Assembly (NCBI RefSeq): GCF_009834535.1
Contig: NC_045697.1
Coordinates: 40,550,001 to 40,614,000 of the forward strand
DNA length: 64,000 bases
Direction of reading: 5' to 3'
Source of the DNA: Camelus ferus
Taxonomy: Eukaryota
The notes beneath the pieces are model-generated. The model saw only the letters and a program-made list of their open reading frames with translations. It searched no databases and had not been told where the DNA came from. The position numbers were made by a program, and so were the translations under genes. Shown here in pieces: positions 27,801 through 41,408 of the stretch. Positions within the stretch are counted from its first letter, which is position 1, and every line of letters begins with the position of its first letter.

Positions 27801-30800
27801 AGATGCAGAAAATGAAAAGGAAACTGCAGTATCCATAGAAGACCATCCCAACCATAAGGTACAAGTCACATGGTTGTACTAATAAAATTGGTTAAGTCTC
27901 CAAAGGTCTCAATTTTAAAGCATGGTCAAAGAGACTACCTCATTCACTGTAAGTTGAATTTTTTTTTTAAGATATGATCTCATCAACTGCCTCCTATCAC
28001 TAGAAGATCTGTGACAATTAATGATTTTTCCTTGGGCTGAGGTGCTGCATAATTGTTCCATTTCACAAAGTTCAAATTCAGGTTAAACTTATAGCTATTG
28101 AATGTGAAGAACATCATAAATTAAGTTTACAAGATATAATGTGAAGAAAAAGAATAATGAATATTGAATTTTGGCTTATGAATTATAAATATGATACAGA
28201 TATCACATTATCATTTGTTTCAATAATAAGCTTTTTTTCTTTTTAGCCTGAAAAATCTTCAATACTAAAGTCAGAGGAAGAAAACTATGATCAGTTAGCA
28301 GATCAAGACCCGAGTCATGGCCAAAACCTGGGATTACAGGATCAAGAGGAAAGTGAAAGTGACTTACCAGCGAATTTGGAGTATGCAACAACTGAAGGTA
28401 CACTGGACCTAAAGGAAGATATGAGTGAGCCTGAAAAGGAAACACTCCCAGAGATCACTGATTTCCTTGGTCATGACATTAGCTCCATTGTAGATTCTAA
28501 CCAACAAGAAAGCATCACAAAGACAGAGGAAAACCAACAACAAACTACAAATGACTCACATCCTCAGTTCAACAGGAGCAGCAAACATAGCCAAGACCTA
28601 AATGATCAAGGAAGGGAAGAGCAGGATCCAAATATTCCAAATGGAGAAGAGGAAGGCGAAAAAGAGCCAGGTGAAGTTGGTACCCACAAGGATAACCAAG
28701 AAAGGGAGAGAGAAGTTCCCAAGGAGCATCCTGACAGCAAGCAGAAAGAAGACATTACCCAATCTGATGATATTTTGGAAGAGTCCAATCAACCAACTCA
28801 AGTAAGCAAGGTGCAGAAAGATGAATTTGAGCAGGGTAACCAAGAACAAGAGGAGGAAAACTCCAATGCAGAAATGGAAGAGGAAACTGTGTCAAAAATC
28901 AATAAACACGATCAAGATACAGAATGGCAGAGCCAAGAAGGAAAGCCTGGCCTTGAAGTTAACAGCAACCATGAGGAGACGGGTAAAAAGACTCTTTTTG
29001 AGCCTTTGCTGGTGGAGCCTACTGATGATGGTAACATCATGCCCAGAAATCACGGGGCTGATGGTGATGGCGATGATGGCCCCAGACACAATGCAAGTGA
29101 TGACTACTTCACCCCAAGCGAGGCCTTCCTGGAGAATGAAAGAGCTCAATCCAATTATTACCACATCAAATATGAGGAGCAAAGAGAAAAAGCACATGAG
29201 AATGAGAATGTGGATACCAGTGCACCTGTAGAAAACCAAGGGGTAAGATTATTTATAGTGATTGTCTGATAAAGTGTTTTATCAAAAAAATAGCCATGAC
29301 CTTTCTCTGTGCTCTTGCAATCTCTTGTGCTTATCTCTATCAGTACATTATTCCAATATGTTGTAATTATTTTTCTCTGCATCTCCATCTCCATCACTGG
29401 GGGGAAATGCCTGTTTTATTTGGGTTCCCCTAGAAGCACACCCTGGACTTTAGTGTAGTTTGAGAAGTTCAGAGAACAAAGAGAAGTGGAGAAGGGACAC
29501 AGGAAGGAAAGGAAGCTAATCAAAGGTACATCATTAAAGCCATGTAAAATACATTCCTCTGAATCATGCCATTTAGAGAGTGAGGGAGCGATGGCTTTTA
29601 TACAAGCTGAGAATTACCATGAGGGGTGTTAATTTCTCAGCACTTCCAGTCTGCCTGTTAAAAGAGCAGGCCAGATAGATTGCCACAGCTTTCCAGGCAC
29701 AGAGATGCTGATACTGGCAGTTGAAAGTAACTGGCGCTAACTGGAATGGTAAATTCTGACAGATATGAGAGATGAAAGACATGACAACTGCTGCTCTAAT
29801 GCCTTGAGAGCAGGTTCCAGGTCACAGTCAAGTTGAATCACCAATGTCTAGCAAAATACCTCTAACATAATAAAAGATACAGCAATGTTTATTGATTTAG
29901 CCAAAAAGGCAAAGAACAAAGACTTCAGCTACAACTTTATTAAGGAAACACACACCAAAATGATCACCAAGAAATGGCAGCAGGGTTGGGGAAGGGAAGA
30001 AGCATATTTTTATTCGGTTGTTTAGTCATCTGGAGCTTTCATGCAAAATCCTGGCAGCCACCCACCAGGAGCACTTGACATAGCTTTTTGTGGGCAAGTT
30101 CAATCGTAACTTCAGTTCCTAAAAACTCTGCTGCCAAGCTAAGGTAGGAGTTTTCTGACACTATAGAAACCTGATAAGAAAACTTTCCTAACAGCTCCAC
30201 AGAGATTAGTGATGTAATCATGTCTTAACTACAGAATCCCACGGTAAAATTACATTTCTACTGCTTTCCCAAACCCAAAGGGGAGGTTCCAACTTTGCTT
30301 CTTAGTGTTAGTTCCAACTTCTATTGGGTAATCCCTAGAGATATAGCACTGAATCCAGTTGATAAAGATAAAAACGGCTCCTGTTCTCAAAGGGTTATGT
30401 CTACTTCTACATTTGTGGCTGGTGTCTCCTGAGATTGAAATGATTTGGGTATGAAAAGCTCTGTGAAAGGGTGTGCAGTGGAAATGTAAATTATGTAATG
30501 GCTTTCCCCTAAATAGACTTCAACTTCTGCTCTTGTTATTATAAAGGCCAAGAAAGTAGAGAGCTCACTGAATGAAGATGACAGTTCAACTGAAGGCAAC
30601 ATGAGGATGCATGGTGTTGGTGAGTGCCAGCTAAGCAAGCTGTCTGTGAGGATGTCAAGGAAGAGATGGAATCGGCCATGTTGGGCTATCCCTATCTCTT
30701 TATTTGTGGCTACTGCACAGAATTTTCCCTCTCCCTGCCACTCCCCAAGGAAATGCTCCCATAAATTGTTGACATTCTCTTGCGTGCTTTTGATATACAA

Positions 30801-32145
30801 CTCTGGTAACTGTGTTTACAAACTGGAGATCCAGTTGCAGCATTACTGCAAACACTAGAATTCTTTTTCTCTTCTGCATCTAAGAAGAATAATTAATTCT
30901 ACCTTATTTACTCTCAAATCCATAATTTACCACTGAATTTAGATCCCATATTTACTTGAGACCTAATTCTCAATCATAAAATTTTGAACTTCAACCAATA
31001 AAATTCTTGTGGCTTATTTAATTAACTTTGGGCCAACTTGCACAGCATTGCACTATAAACATCAGACTATGACTACTACAGGCAGGCCAAGCTTAGAGCT
31101 GTTTGTTCTTTTTAAATCCATAATGCAAACTGCACAGAAATCCAGACTTTTGTGTAAAACGGTCTGATGTCAAAGAGTCCCACCTAAAAATTAACACATC
31201 CATTAAAAAGACGCCTAACATTTTCCCAATTTTTTTTTCATTAATGAAAATGGAACTAATTGCCAGGATGAATTTGAGTTTACATACTAAATTTATCTTT
31301 GTCCATGTTTCCTGTCCAAACTTTTCTGTCAGATTCTTGCATGAGCTTCCAGTGTAAAAGAGGACACATCTGCAAGGCTGATCAACAGGGAAAACCCCAC
31401 TGTGTTTGCCAAGATCCAGTGACTTGTCCTCCTACAAAACTCCTTGACCAAGTAAGCATTCTACAAAATGGTCTTTAAGGGACACCAAACAGTTAGTGAT
31501 TTGAATGAAAGTCATTTGCAATTGAAATCTTTGTTTAAAAAATAATAATTTCCCAGGTTATCATCTAATATTTAAGTAATAGTCAATAGAAACAAATGCC
31601 AACAAAACAAGAATTTCAACTGCACGCTAAAACAACAATGGCATTGACGTAGAATTCAAATTAAAACTCATTTTAACCTTGGAACATCTGCAATTTTTAT
31701 TCTACTGAGTTTATCTAGAGCTAAACTGTCATCACCATTGGTATAATTGAGTTGATACTTTCGTGCCAAGTGGGACAGTTAGGATTTTAATGGCCCTACC
31801 TACCCGACCACATCTTTGGCACGGCAGTTCGTCAAACAGCCTTTAAGGAGCAGAGTGTTTTCCCAATGAACATTCATAGACTTGAGCTTTTTTTCATTCT
31901 TGTCTTTCCTAGGTTTGTGGCACTGACAATCAGACCTATGCCAGCTCCTGTCATCTCTTTGCTACCAAGTGCAGACTGGAGGGGACCAAAAAGGGGCACC
32001 AACTGCAATTGGATTATTTTGGAGCCTGCAAATGTAAAAGTCCATCACTACTGCCAACCACTGTTGCTGAAAGGGTTTTCAGTGAATCTGAATAATATAT
32101 ATATTATATAATATAATATAATGTATAATAATATATATATATATA

Positions 32146-32187
<42 letters not shown>

Positions 32188-35100
32188 TCATATATATACA
32201 AACAATAACAAAAAAAAGCTAAAGGTAGTTCTGAATCCAGGCTGCACATTAAAATAACTGGGGAGACATTTTTTTAATTAGAAGAATAATTTTCAGGCTT
32301 TAACTATAAGAGATTCTGATTTAATTGGACTAGGTTGGAACCTCAGCATTGTTTTCTCATTTGTTTTTAAAGTAACCTAGGCAACCCTAATGGTCAGCCA
32401 GGGTTCAAAACCAGTGTGATAATGGTACCCACTCAGTAACTGAGATGAGTCATTGGAATTTTGTAAAATTAGTTGTCCTCTTCTCAAGTTACGCCTCCAC
32501 CAAGAAGTTTTGATGACAACATATTCTTTCAGAATTTTTAAAAATCATCTTCCTTTCCCAGGATATTCTCAATTGTGTTTGGATTTCCTGGTCGCTAAGT
32601 GATTCTCCACATTAGCAGTGCTCACTAACGTCTCCTCTCTTTCCTGACACACAAAAAAGACCCAACATCTCAGCCTCCTTGGTGTTAGACGTGGCCATAT
32701 GAGTTGCTCTGTCCATTGAAATCTGAGCAAAAATCATCCATGTGAGTTCTGGGCAGAAGCATTTAAGAGCTGGTGTGTGGCTCTCCATGCTCCCTTCACC
32801 TCATGTTGAGATGGTGTTGAGCCTGTGGCATCTCCACCATCCTAAGCACCAAAGAGACTGCGATGAGCAGAGCCCTCCTGCCATCTTGCATTGGACATGT
32901 AGCAGGATGGAGAAATAAACGTTTGACGTGACGTACAACGTGACGGCTATAGTCAACACTGCTGTATGGTATATTTGCAAGTTGCTAAAAAGTTCTCACC
33001 ACAAGGGGTAAAAAATGAAAGTAACTATGTAAGGTGATGAATGTCAACTAAACTTACTGTAGTAATCATTACACAGTATACTTAAGTCATTATGCTGCAC
33101 ACCTTAAACTCATGGTGTTGTATGTCAATTATATCTCAAAAAGCCTGAAAAAATGGTAATAATCTTTTGTTCCTTTAAGCCACTGAGATTTAACATTCTT
33201 ACCATGGTATAAGCTAATTTCTGTCTTTTTTCTCTTTTCCCGTAATAAATAGCTCTTGTAACCTCCACCTCTGAATTCCAACTCTCTGATTCTAGAGCAG
33301 TGGTTCTCAGCCCTACCTGCACATCAAACTCAGCCCTAGCTGCACTTCTGGAACTATTAAAACATCCTGATGCCGAGGCTCCACCCTAGACCAATCAAAT
33401 CATTATTTCTTTGAATGGAAGCTGGCATCTGGCATTTTTAAAATACTCCTGGAAATTCTGTTGTGCCACCCGGGTTAAGGAACCCTGTTGTGTTGGAGGG
33501 GCTGTTAGTTACTGGAAACTGTTAGGCATCCTGTTTATGAGGACTTTCATGGGACAAGAGTAACACCCCAAAATTAAAATCAATTTGCTTTCTCTTGGAA
33601 CAGCTATTCCTGTTTGCACAGATTTTGAAGTGACCCAGTTTCCTCTAAGGATGAGAGACTGGCTCAAGAATATCCTTATGCAGCTTTATGAGCCTAACCC
33701 TGAACACGCTGGATATCTAAATGAGAAGCAGAGAAATAAAGTAAGTTATCCATGGTCAGCTGCCTAAGCATCTGTCTTCAGGCCTAAGGAAAAAGGTTTC
33801 AAGGGGCAGGGGGTTGGAGGTGGGGTTCCTCTCTCTGCATATAAGTAATACATCTGGGTAACACATATGGATTAACAGAATACTAGTGGTCATCATTCAT
33901 GTCACAAGGTTTGGGACACAGACAAACCACCCCATTCCTACACAAAGGGTATGCCCTGAGCAAGGGCTCTTGAACATATACCTAGAGCAGGCTCTACTGA
34001 GCAAAATGAACCTCAATTCAGCATTTATATGTTCAGGCCCAGATACATAAATATGGGTGGTAATTAGGTTTGTTTGTTTGTTTGTTTAATGGAGTTACTG
34101 GGGATTGAACCCAGGACCTCGTGCATGCTAAGCACACACTCTACCATTGAGCTATATACCATCCACCATGGGCCCAGACATATTATTTAAATCTAAAGAA
34201 CATTTTTGCCTTCATAGGCCAGATACAGATTTATGATATATGGGAAATCCATTACGAAAAGTGTCAGTAATATATTAGGATTTAAAAATGCAGAATATTG
34301 CATCCAGAAGTTCCCAGAGAAAATTCACTTATCAGATAGTTATTCAGTGCATCCCAGGTACCTAAAATTGATTTATGTGCTAGGAATATAGCAATGAACC
34401 AAACAAAAATCTCTGCCTTCCTGAGCTTAAATTCTAGGCAAAGAGACCACATATATTTCTATATACATGTATGCAAATATGTAAATATATGCAAGTAAAC
34501 ATTTATACAAATACATGTATAAGTTATGTCAGGTGGGATGAAACATGCTATACAAAAATAAAACAGGAGGGCGTGTATTAACTGTGTCAAACACTGTTTA
34601 CAAGTTGTTAAGGTGTGGACTGAGAGTTAGCCACTGATTTGGCATGTGGCACTCATAGCTGACCTTGACAGGAGCTGTTTCTGCAGAATGGGGAAGAGAA
34701 AAGCCTGAGTGAACAGGGTTCAAAAGAGAATAGGAGGAAAGATGTGGAAGCATTTTGCTGAAAAGGCAAAGAGTGAAACGGGGTGGCAAGTGGAGAGGAA
34801 TGTGAGTTCAAGAGTCCTACCTACCTATCAAGTTCCCATATTAACAAGGAGGGAAATTGGTAGGTGAGTTCATAGGAACAAGCAGAAGTTCTGTTCTGAT
34901 TGCTTCCAATTACTCGTTGAAATAATGGGTAATGTCACAAGCTATGAGTTTTATAAGCATTGCCCCCCCAAATTTCTGTCTTTTCTCTTTAACAATGCAT
35001 CGTCACAGACAGCCTTGAGAGCATTAGGTACAAAACAGGGAAATTTCAATGGAGGTGCCAAACAGTGTCACACCAGGGCTAATCTGAGACTAAGCAGGCA

Positions 35101-36967
35101 CTGGAAAGAAATCCATACAGGATTAAGAAATAGAGTACGCCAATGGGGAGAGAGCAGGACTTTTCACTAATAAACAATTTTGTCTGGGTCAGTTCAGCCC
35201 TTTTCATTAAAACCTCATAGTATATTTTAAGAAATGTGATGAATATTACTTTGTTAAAAGATCAAAAAAGATTTATATTTCTTCTGAAAACCACAGGTTT
35301 TTAAAAAAATATTAGCTATTATTCCATGTAGAAGTAAGAAAGGCTGCAGTGCCGACAAGGAGTGTAATTTGTTTTCAAATAACATTCTGGGCTTGTTTTC
35401 CTCTGTCATGTTAGGATTACTCCTCAAGTAAAGTTTAGCAAGTGACAATTCCATTACACTTGCCTGATTCTCTATTGATCTTCTCCCTTCCGAATCTCAG
35501 GTCAAGAAAATTTACCTGGATGAAAAGAGACTCTTGGCTGGGGACCATTCCATTGACCTTCTTTTAAGAGACTTTAAGAAAAACTACCACATGTATGTGT
35601 ATCCTGTGCACTGGCAGTTTAGTGAACTTGACCAACATCCTAGGGACAGGTAAAAACTTTCACCTTGTCATTACTATGTCATCTCCCTGATATCATGTCC
35701 AGTTATTTATACAGAAAATTTTTAAAAACAGGTTTAGGAGATTTCCCAGTTCCATTTCAGAACACAACAATGACAAACAAATATGGTTAGGTGTCTAAAC
35801 ACAAAGCTGCTTTGAAAATAACAGAATATGGCCACGCCACAGCTCCCAAGTTTACATGTTAGAGTCCAGCCTCCCACAAAGACTCTTTCAACTCTTTCTC
35901 CTTCTTTCTCCTTTCAACTCTTATCTCCTTCAAGACAATCTGATTGGCCCCACTTGGGTCAAGTGCCTACATCTGGAACAATCAGGTGTGGCTGGTGTAA
36001 GAGCCAGGTTGTACTCATGTGATTGCTGGGTTCACCCCTATAAATTTAGAGTGGAGGGAGGACAGTTCCTAGTGAAGAAGGAAACCTTGTGAACTGACAC
36101 CCCAAAAGCTGTCTATCTTACCCATAAATAGTTTATTTCATTTGCAGCTTCTCATGATTGTATTAGTTATTTGCCATCTTCAGCAACCTTGTGGAAGAAA
36201 AATGCCCTTGCTGATCCTGAGTTAACTTTTTATACATAAGCTACTCAGTTAATAGGCTGCCATTTATCTCATTGCAGAGTCTTGACACACTCTGAGCTCG
36301 CTCCTTTGCGCGCATCTCTGGTGCCCATGGAACACTGCATAACGCGCTTCTTTGAAGAATGTGACCCCAACAAGGATAAGCACATCACCCTGAAGGAGTG
36401 GGGCCTCTGCTTTGAAATTAAAGAAGGTAAATTCATTATCAGTCCAGGGAGAGGGGTGTCCTCTTCTCCAGACAAGCCATAAGCCCCGCAGTCCTCACAG
36501 AGAGGTCCTGCTGTGTGTGCAAACTAGAGACCTAGAGACCAAGAGACCACAAGGTGGCAGCGTCTCAGGGAGAACTGCTGTCACTGCAAGGTTCTTACCT
36601 CCTTTATGATACTGTTTTCAAAGGGTAGCAAGAGTAAACATTTAAGGAATAACTGCACTGAGGTCTCAGCAGTTGTCTAAGCCTAAGAAAGTGATGTGAA
36701 TCCAGAGAGCTGTGCCAAATCCCAAAAGGCTACCCTTCTAAAGAAGGAAGGGTTTTATATCCTTCCTTAACCTGGGTATTGGGCTAAAGTGTGAAGAGTA
36801 AAACAGAAAGCCTGATTCTGACAATAGGAGATGCCAAAAGAATCTCAGAATTTATTAGCACATTATTAGCACTAGCACATTAAAGATTTTCACCAGTTAT
36901 GCCCGGAAGTTATTCCTTTAACCCAAAAGTGACCCATTCCTGCATCTTCAGTGACAGACAGACAGAC

Positions 36968-37026
<59 letters not shown>

Positions 37027-40000
37027 AAAATTTAAATTTCTCCTACAGTGAAGGAATTTAAATTGAGAATTTGTTTTGCTAGGTTATGTCTTAATCTACT
37101 TCCTTTGCTTTTCCTAAGTTACAGTTGACTTCTATGAGCATGTTTTTAATAATCGAGATTTGAAAGATGTTCAAAAAATGAGCAATCAAAACTGCAGAAT
37201 ATAAAGCAACAGTGAACATCAATTCTCCAAAGCAGAGGTTTCATACATATGTTTACAGCATACATACATGTAGGATGAATATGCAGCCAAAAAATAAATT
37301 CATCAACAATCAGAATTCCCCCCAAAGAGGTAACTTGTGTGACCTTCACTTTAAAAATATTCTTCATGCATATGTACAATGTCTTGAAATTGGAAAAAAA
37401 AAGCTGGAGTATCAGGATTCAGTTATTTATTGATAAACAGAGAAGCAGAAAAGGTCCCTTTCCTCTACAATATCACTCTGTGAAATAAGCACAAATGAAA
37501 CGAGCAAAGAATGAATATTTTTGTAAGCACCTAGTTCTGTGTATTAGTTGTCTGTTTCTGTGCAACAAATTACACTAAAGCTTAGAATCTTAAAATCTCT
37601 CTCAGTTTCTGAGGATCAGGAATCCAGTAGATTACCTGGATGGGACTGCTTAGAATCTGCTCTGAGCTCACTTACATGGCAGGAGGCTTCAGCCCTTTCC
37701 CACGGGTTGCTAATAACATGGTATCTGGTACCAGAGAGAGACTTAAAAGAGAGAGTCCAAGAAAGAAGCCACAATGTCTTTTAGAATCTCATATCAGAAG
37801 TGAGGTACTTCTGCCATTTTCTGTTGGTGACTCAGTCTGACTCTGCTACAATATGGGAGGAGACCACAGGAGGTGGGGATCACTGGGGGCCATTGTGGCG
37901 GCTGGCAACCACATGCTGTCTCCATCCTATTAACATCGATAGGAAATTAACATGCTTTTAAGACCCTGACCCATGCAAATGTTAATTTCCTTTCTTAAAT
38001 CTACTCTATTAAGCACAGTACTTACAAATCCAAATGTATCCCTAAAAGTGACTAACACTGTTTTTTCCAGGTCCCATATTAAAAAGACAAAATGTACCCA
38101 AGCACAGCCACCCTGTCCCCTTCCCTCCACCATTATCAAGAGGAAAACTTAGCTGGGACAGGACATATTTATGTATGCTCTTTTATATGGCGCATGATTA
38201 TAAAGGAGTGACCCAAAGGCAAATTTAAACAGAGGCCATTTGAGGAAACCAGTTGCGCTTCGCTGTTCCATTTGAGGCTTCTGGCAGCTCTTCAGCATGT
38301 GGGCTCACTCAAGCCCTGTGCTGGGTGACTGGGAGGAGTAGGAAGGGCTTGAAGTTCAGTAACTCACAAAACTCCTAATGATCTTGTTTGTTCACTGTGG
38401 TTTGGCCATGATTACGCTATTTTGAAGAAGGGAAAGAATTATCACAGAGTAAGCCAATAAAGCGGATATTAAGTATTCAATCAGAACATGTAAACAAGTT
38501 ACTGCCTTGAGATTCAGCTAGGAAAAGAAAAAAAATAATAGTAATAATGTCTATTTGTAAGCATACTCTTCATTCTCTCAGGACTGAGAAATCCACAGGA
38601 TAAGATAAATTTTAGCCAGTGGGGTCCTGAATTTTAACTTCCTTTGCATCTCCAGATGTGCTGAAATATCCCAGCTCTGTCATTAACTAGCTAATGTGAA
38701 CTAGGGCATGCCACTTAACCTCAGCAAATCTCATTTTCCTTGTGTGTAAAAATGGGGTTCAATTAAGAGGTGAAAGTCTCATTTATTTATTACGTATGAC
38801 ATACCATGTGTTGACATATATCCACGTTAATCTTAGGAAAACCTTCCAAGTGAGACTAATAGTGGAAACGAGTCACAACAAGCAGATCCTGCTAAGCCAC
38901 TTAGAGATACTATCCTCAGAGTACTGGAGGATAACCAAGTGTTTTAAATAGGGGAGTGATTTCACTCGATTTGTATCTAATAAAGATTCTTTTGATTACA
39001 TTGTGCATAAGCCAGAGAAAAGCTGTAGTAAATCCAGACAGAGTTGATGAGAACATGAATTAGGGTAGTTATAATGGGGAAAAAGAAAAGTAAACATACT
39101 CAAATACATTTTTTAAAAAGCAACCTATAGATATATTTGAGAATATAAACATATTCAAGATGTATAGCATGGAGAAATAAGAAGACAGTGTTTGATAGGA
39201 AATATGTTGGGACAGGAAGCAGACAGTTGAGAGACTGAGAGCAAGAGAAGTACCACGCCTAGGTTCCTCGCTCAGGCCAGGCAGCATAAGTAGAGGTACC
39301 TTCCAGAGATGGAAAATAAAAGAACAGAAGCAGGTTTGGGAGGAAATGACAAATTCTGTTTGGAACACACGGAATTTTGAAGTACTTGGGTAACAGTGTA
39401 CAGTTGATAGAAGAATGTGTGGTTGTGCTTTTCAAGACAGAGTTTGGGAATTTAAATACATATTTGGAGATTAAATACATATTTGGAGATTAGCATACAG
39501 AAAGTAACTGATACTAGGGAAGAGGAATTAATTCCCTGAGGAAGATGGGCTGAGTTACATGGAAAAGGGTCTTGGGTTGAACACCAAGAACAATGGATAG
39601 AGAAGGAAGAAGCAGTTCACCAGAAAAGAGTGAAAAGTCTCCTGAAAGGAAAAAGAAAATAGGATGTGCCATGTCTAAGGAGGTGTTTCAAAGAGGAGGA
39701 AGAGCACACAGTGCTAAGTGATGCTGAGATGTCAAGTGAAAGATGGGGAATATTTGCTGTACGTAGGAATAAGGATATCCTCGGTGGCCTTGGTGAGAGA
39801 GTTTTGGTAGAATGATAGAGATGCAAGCCAGACACTGAGAAAGAACAGGAGATAAGAAAGGCTAAAGAGTGAATGTCTGAAGGCAGGCAGGAGCTAGAGA
39901 GGGACACAGAGCCCGGGGAAGCATTTTTGAGAATAAAGAAGGCTCGAGCTCTCATTCGTTCACTTACTCATTCATTCACTCATCAAATCTTTACTGATGG

Positions 40001-41001
40001 GCTACATAGTGCTAGGCACTGTTTCAAGGCTGGAAATGCAGCATATTTAAACATTAAGGGGAAGGGTCCAGTAAAAATAAAAAAGGAAAGATTGAGGACA
40101 TAAAACAAGAAAAAGAAGAAAATAGGGGAGAATTCTGAAAAGATGAGAAGAGATCCTGGGCACAGGCAGAGGATTCACCTCAAAGTCAACAGGAGGGACA
40201 TCTCTCATGTGAAGAACAGAAAAAAGACAAAAAAATAGGAGTGTGAATATAAGTAAATTTATAAGGAGCAAGACTATTAGCCCTACCTTACAAATGAAGC
40301 CAGTGCTCAAAAGAAAGTTACCCAAAGTCAAAGTTACCAAAAAGTCTGTAATTTTTCCCACTTTTGGGGCAAGATGAAGACTTACATCGGCCAGGAAAAT
40401 TACGTGGTATCCCAGACAGGGTAGTAGTTGAGTGTGCTTCAGATTAATCTGCTTTAAGCATCTGTTTAACAATTATTGAGTGAAGTGGGCCATGGTGGTA
40501 AGGAGTGGTCTTATATCCCTGAGAGGACGCTGTCTTCTTCCACAGGTGTGGCATTAAGTTCTTTTACAATTACTTGATTGGAACTTTGATTTAACTAGCA
40601 TCATACTTCTGTTTATTTGGATTTTTTTTAGCAACCCTTATAGATTAATGTACTTAGCTCTTCTTGGCTGGGCCTCCCCTCAACCACCTCTATTAGTGGT
40701 TCTTAACCTACATAAGAACTACCTGCAGAGCCTTCTAAATGTATACATGCCACTGGCCCACCCCTGGGGATGCAGATTCAGGAGGCCAGGAATGAGACCC
40801 AAGGATACATATTTTTTAAAGTTTCATGGGTGATGTTGATGCATAACCAGGATTGAGAACCACCAATACGGCCTTACTGATGGCTTCTCTGACCCCCCAG
40901 CTCTAACACTGTTTGTTTATATTACTACTCTGGTTACTTTCTAAAATTGTATTTTGTTTTTGTTTTTCACAGAAGACATAGATGAAAATCTCCTGTTTTG
41001 A
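24794..41001 (+). CDS. SPARCL1: SPARC-like protein 1 (hevin/SC1), complete spliced CDS, 667 aa
   Basis: join(24794..24847,27682..27858,28247..29242,30547..30619,31333..31451,31913..32033,33604..33740,35501..35649,36278..36426,40973..41001) = 2004 nt. All introns are GT-AG and phases are consistent. Signal peptide, long acidic domain, follistatin/Kazal cysteines, EC domain with two EF-hands, C-terminus [10 protein letters not shown]. Confidence 0.97.
27682..27858 (+). CDS. SPARCL1: SPARCL1 coding exon 2 ([14 protein letters not shown]...IEDHPNHK)
   Basis: tttttcag| acceptor, 177 nt open frame, AAG|gtacaa donor. Confidence 0.94.
28247..29242 (+). CDS. SPARCL1: SPARCL1 large acidic-domain exon (332 codons, E/D/Q/N-rich)
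   Basis: Same frame as ORF 28376..29269; polypyrimidine ttttag|CCT acceptor; GGG|gtaaga donor. Confidence 0.96.
30547..30619 (+). CDS. SPARCL1: SPARCL1 exon ([24 protein letters not shown])
   Basis: aaag|GCC acceptor, G|gtgagt donor, phase 0 to 1. Confidence 0.92.
31333..31451 (+). CDS. SPARCL1: SPARCL1 follistatin-N exon ([39 protein letters not shown])
   Basis: Cys spacing of the FS domain; tgtcag| acceptor and |gtaagc donor. Confidence 0.96.
31913..32033 (+). CDS. SPARCL1: SPARCL1 Kazal exon ([40 protein letters not shown])
   Basis: Kazal motif VCGTDxxTYxxxC; cctag| acceptor, T|gtaaaa donor. Confidence 0.96.
32093..32200. repeat. (TA)n microsatellite / AT low-complexity tract
   Basis: Directly visible, 60 nt downstream of the Kazal exon donor. 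Confidence 0.95.
32225..32418. mobile_element. MER5A-like hAT relic
   Basis: ggctgcacattaaaataactgggg...agagattctgatttaattgg...cagccagggttcaaaaccagtg. Confidence 0.7.
33292..33490. mobile_element. MER5A-like hAT relic
   Basis: tagagcagtggttctcagcc...ccaccctagaccaatcaaatca...gggttaaggaaccctg. Confidence 0.7.
33604..33740 (+). CDS. SPARCL1: SPARCL1 EC-domain exon ([28 protein letters not shown]...QRNK)
   Basis: [16 protein letters not shown]-family signature; matches ORF 33585..33767; AAA|gtaagt donor. Confidence 0.97.
34055..34168 (-). mobile_element. tRNA-derived SINE (Vic-1-like) with (CAAA)n tail
   Basis: ggggattgaacccaggacctcgtgcatgctaagcacacactctaccattgagctata. Confidence 0.88.
35501..35649 (+). 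CDS. SPARCL1: SPARCL1 EC-domain exon ([16 protein letters not shown]...[16 protein letters not shown])
   Basis: ctcag|GTC acceptor, AG|gtaaaa donor; start of EF-hand 1. Confidence 0.96.
36278..36426 (+). CDS. SPARCL1: SPARCL1 EF-hand exon ([49 protein letters not shown])
   Basis: Matches ORF 36282..36482; EF-hand loop [13 protein letters not shown]|gtaaat donor. Confidence 0.97.
36953..37028. repeat. Compound tetranucleotide microsatellite (GACA)4(GAAA)15
   Basis: Directly counted. Confidence 0.96.
38880..40050. mobile_element. L2 LINE relics
   Basis: Purine-rich L2 motifs (gtgctaagtgatgctgagatgtcaagtgaaagatg; cattcattcactcatcaaatctttactga). Confidence 0.6.
40695..40865. mobile_element. 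MER5-like hAT relic
   Basis: agtggttcttaacc...gggtgatgttgatgcataaccaggattgagaaccacc. Confidence 0.65.
40973..41001 (+). CDS. SPARCL1: SPARCL1 last coding segment (EDIDENLLF*)
   Basis: tttttcacag|AA GAC ATA GAT GAA AAT CTC CTG TTT TGA. Confidence 0.95.
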
Positions 41002-41408
41002 ATTAAGATTTGAAAGAACGCAAACTTCCCAGCATCCTCCCCTGTTCTTATCACTTCTGAAGTATATGCAGCCATAATATTTGTAGATTTATATTTAGCA
41101 AAATGCTTGCATGTCTGAGAAGACAATGAGAGTCACTGCTTGATAACAGTATATGCACCAGGCATTTAACATTAACTCTGAAAATAAAACTCTAAAATTA
41201 AGTAAAGTCAATATATGCAAAATACCATACATACACTGTTTGTGAACAAGAGTTTAACTCATCACTCTCTGCATCCAATTATGTGATACTTAAAAATGAT
41301 AAAACTCAAAAAAAGTAGGTTCATTTTGTCCATATTATGTGCACTTCAAAAAAGTGAAATAATGTTCTTTGTTGTTGATGTATATTATTTTCAATATCTT
41401 AATATCCT

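Noticed and set aside
28376..29269. 297-aa ORF as a stand-alone single-exon gene
   Set aside because: It starts at a TTG inside the large SPARCL1 exon (true exon 28247-29242), and its tail VRLFIVIV is intron read-through past the GT donor.
21370..37028. CRISPR-like or other prokaryotic repeat arrays
   Set aside because: Only simple microsatellites and short tandem duplications are present, with no repeat-spacer structure; the sequence is clearly mammalian.
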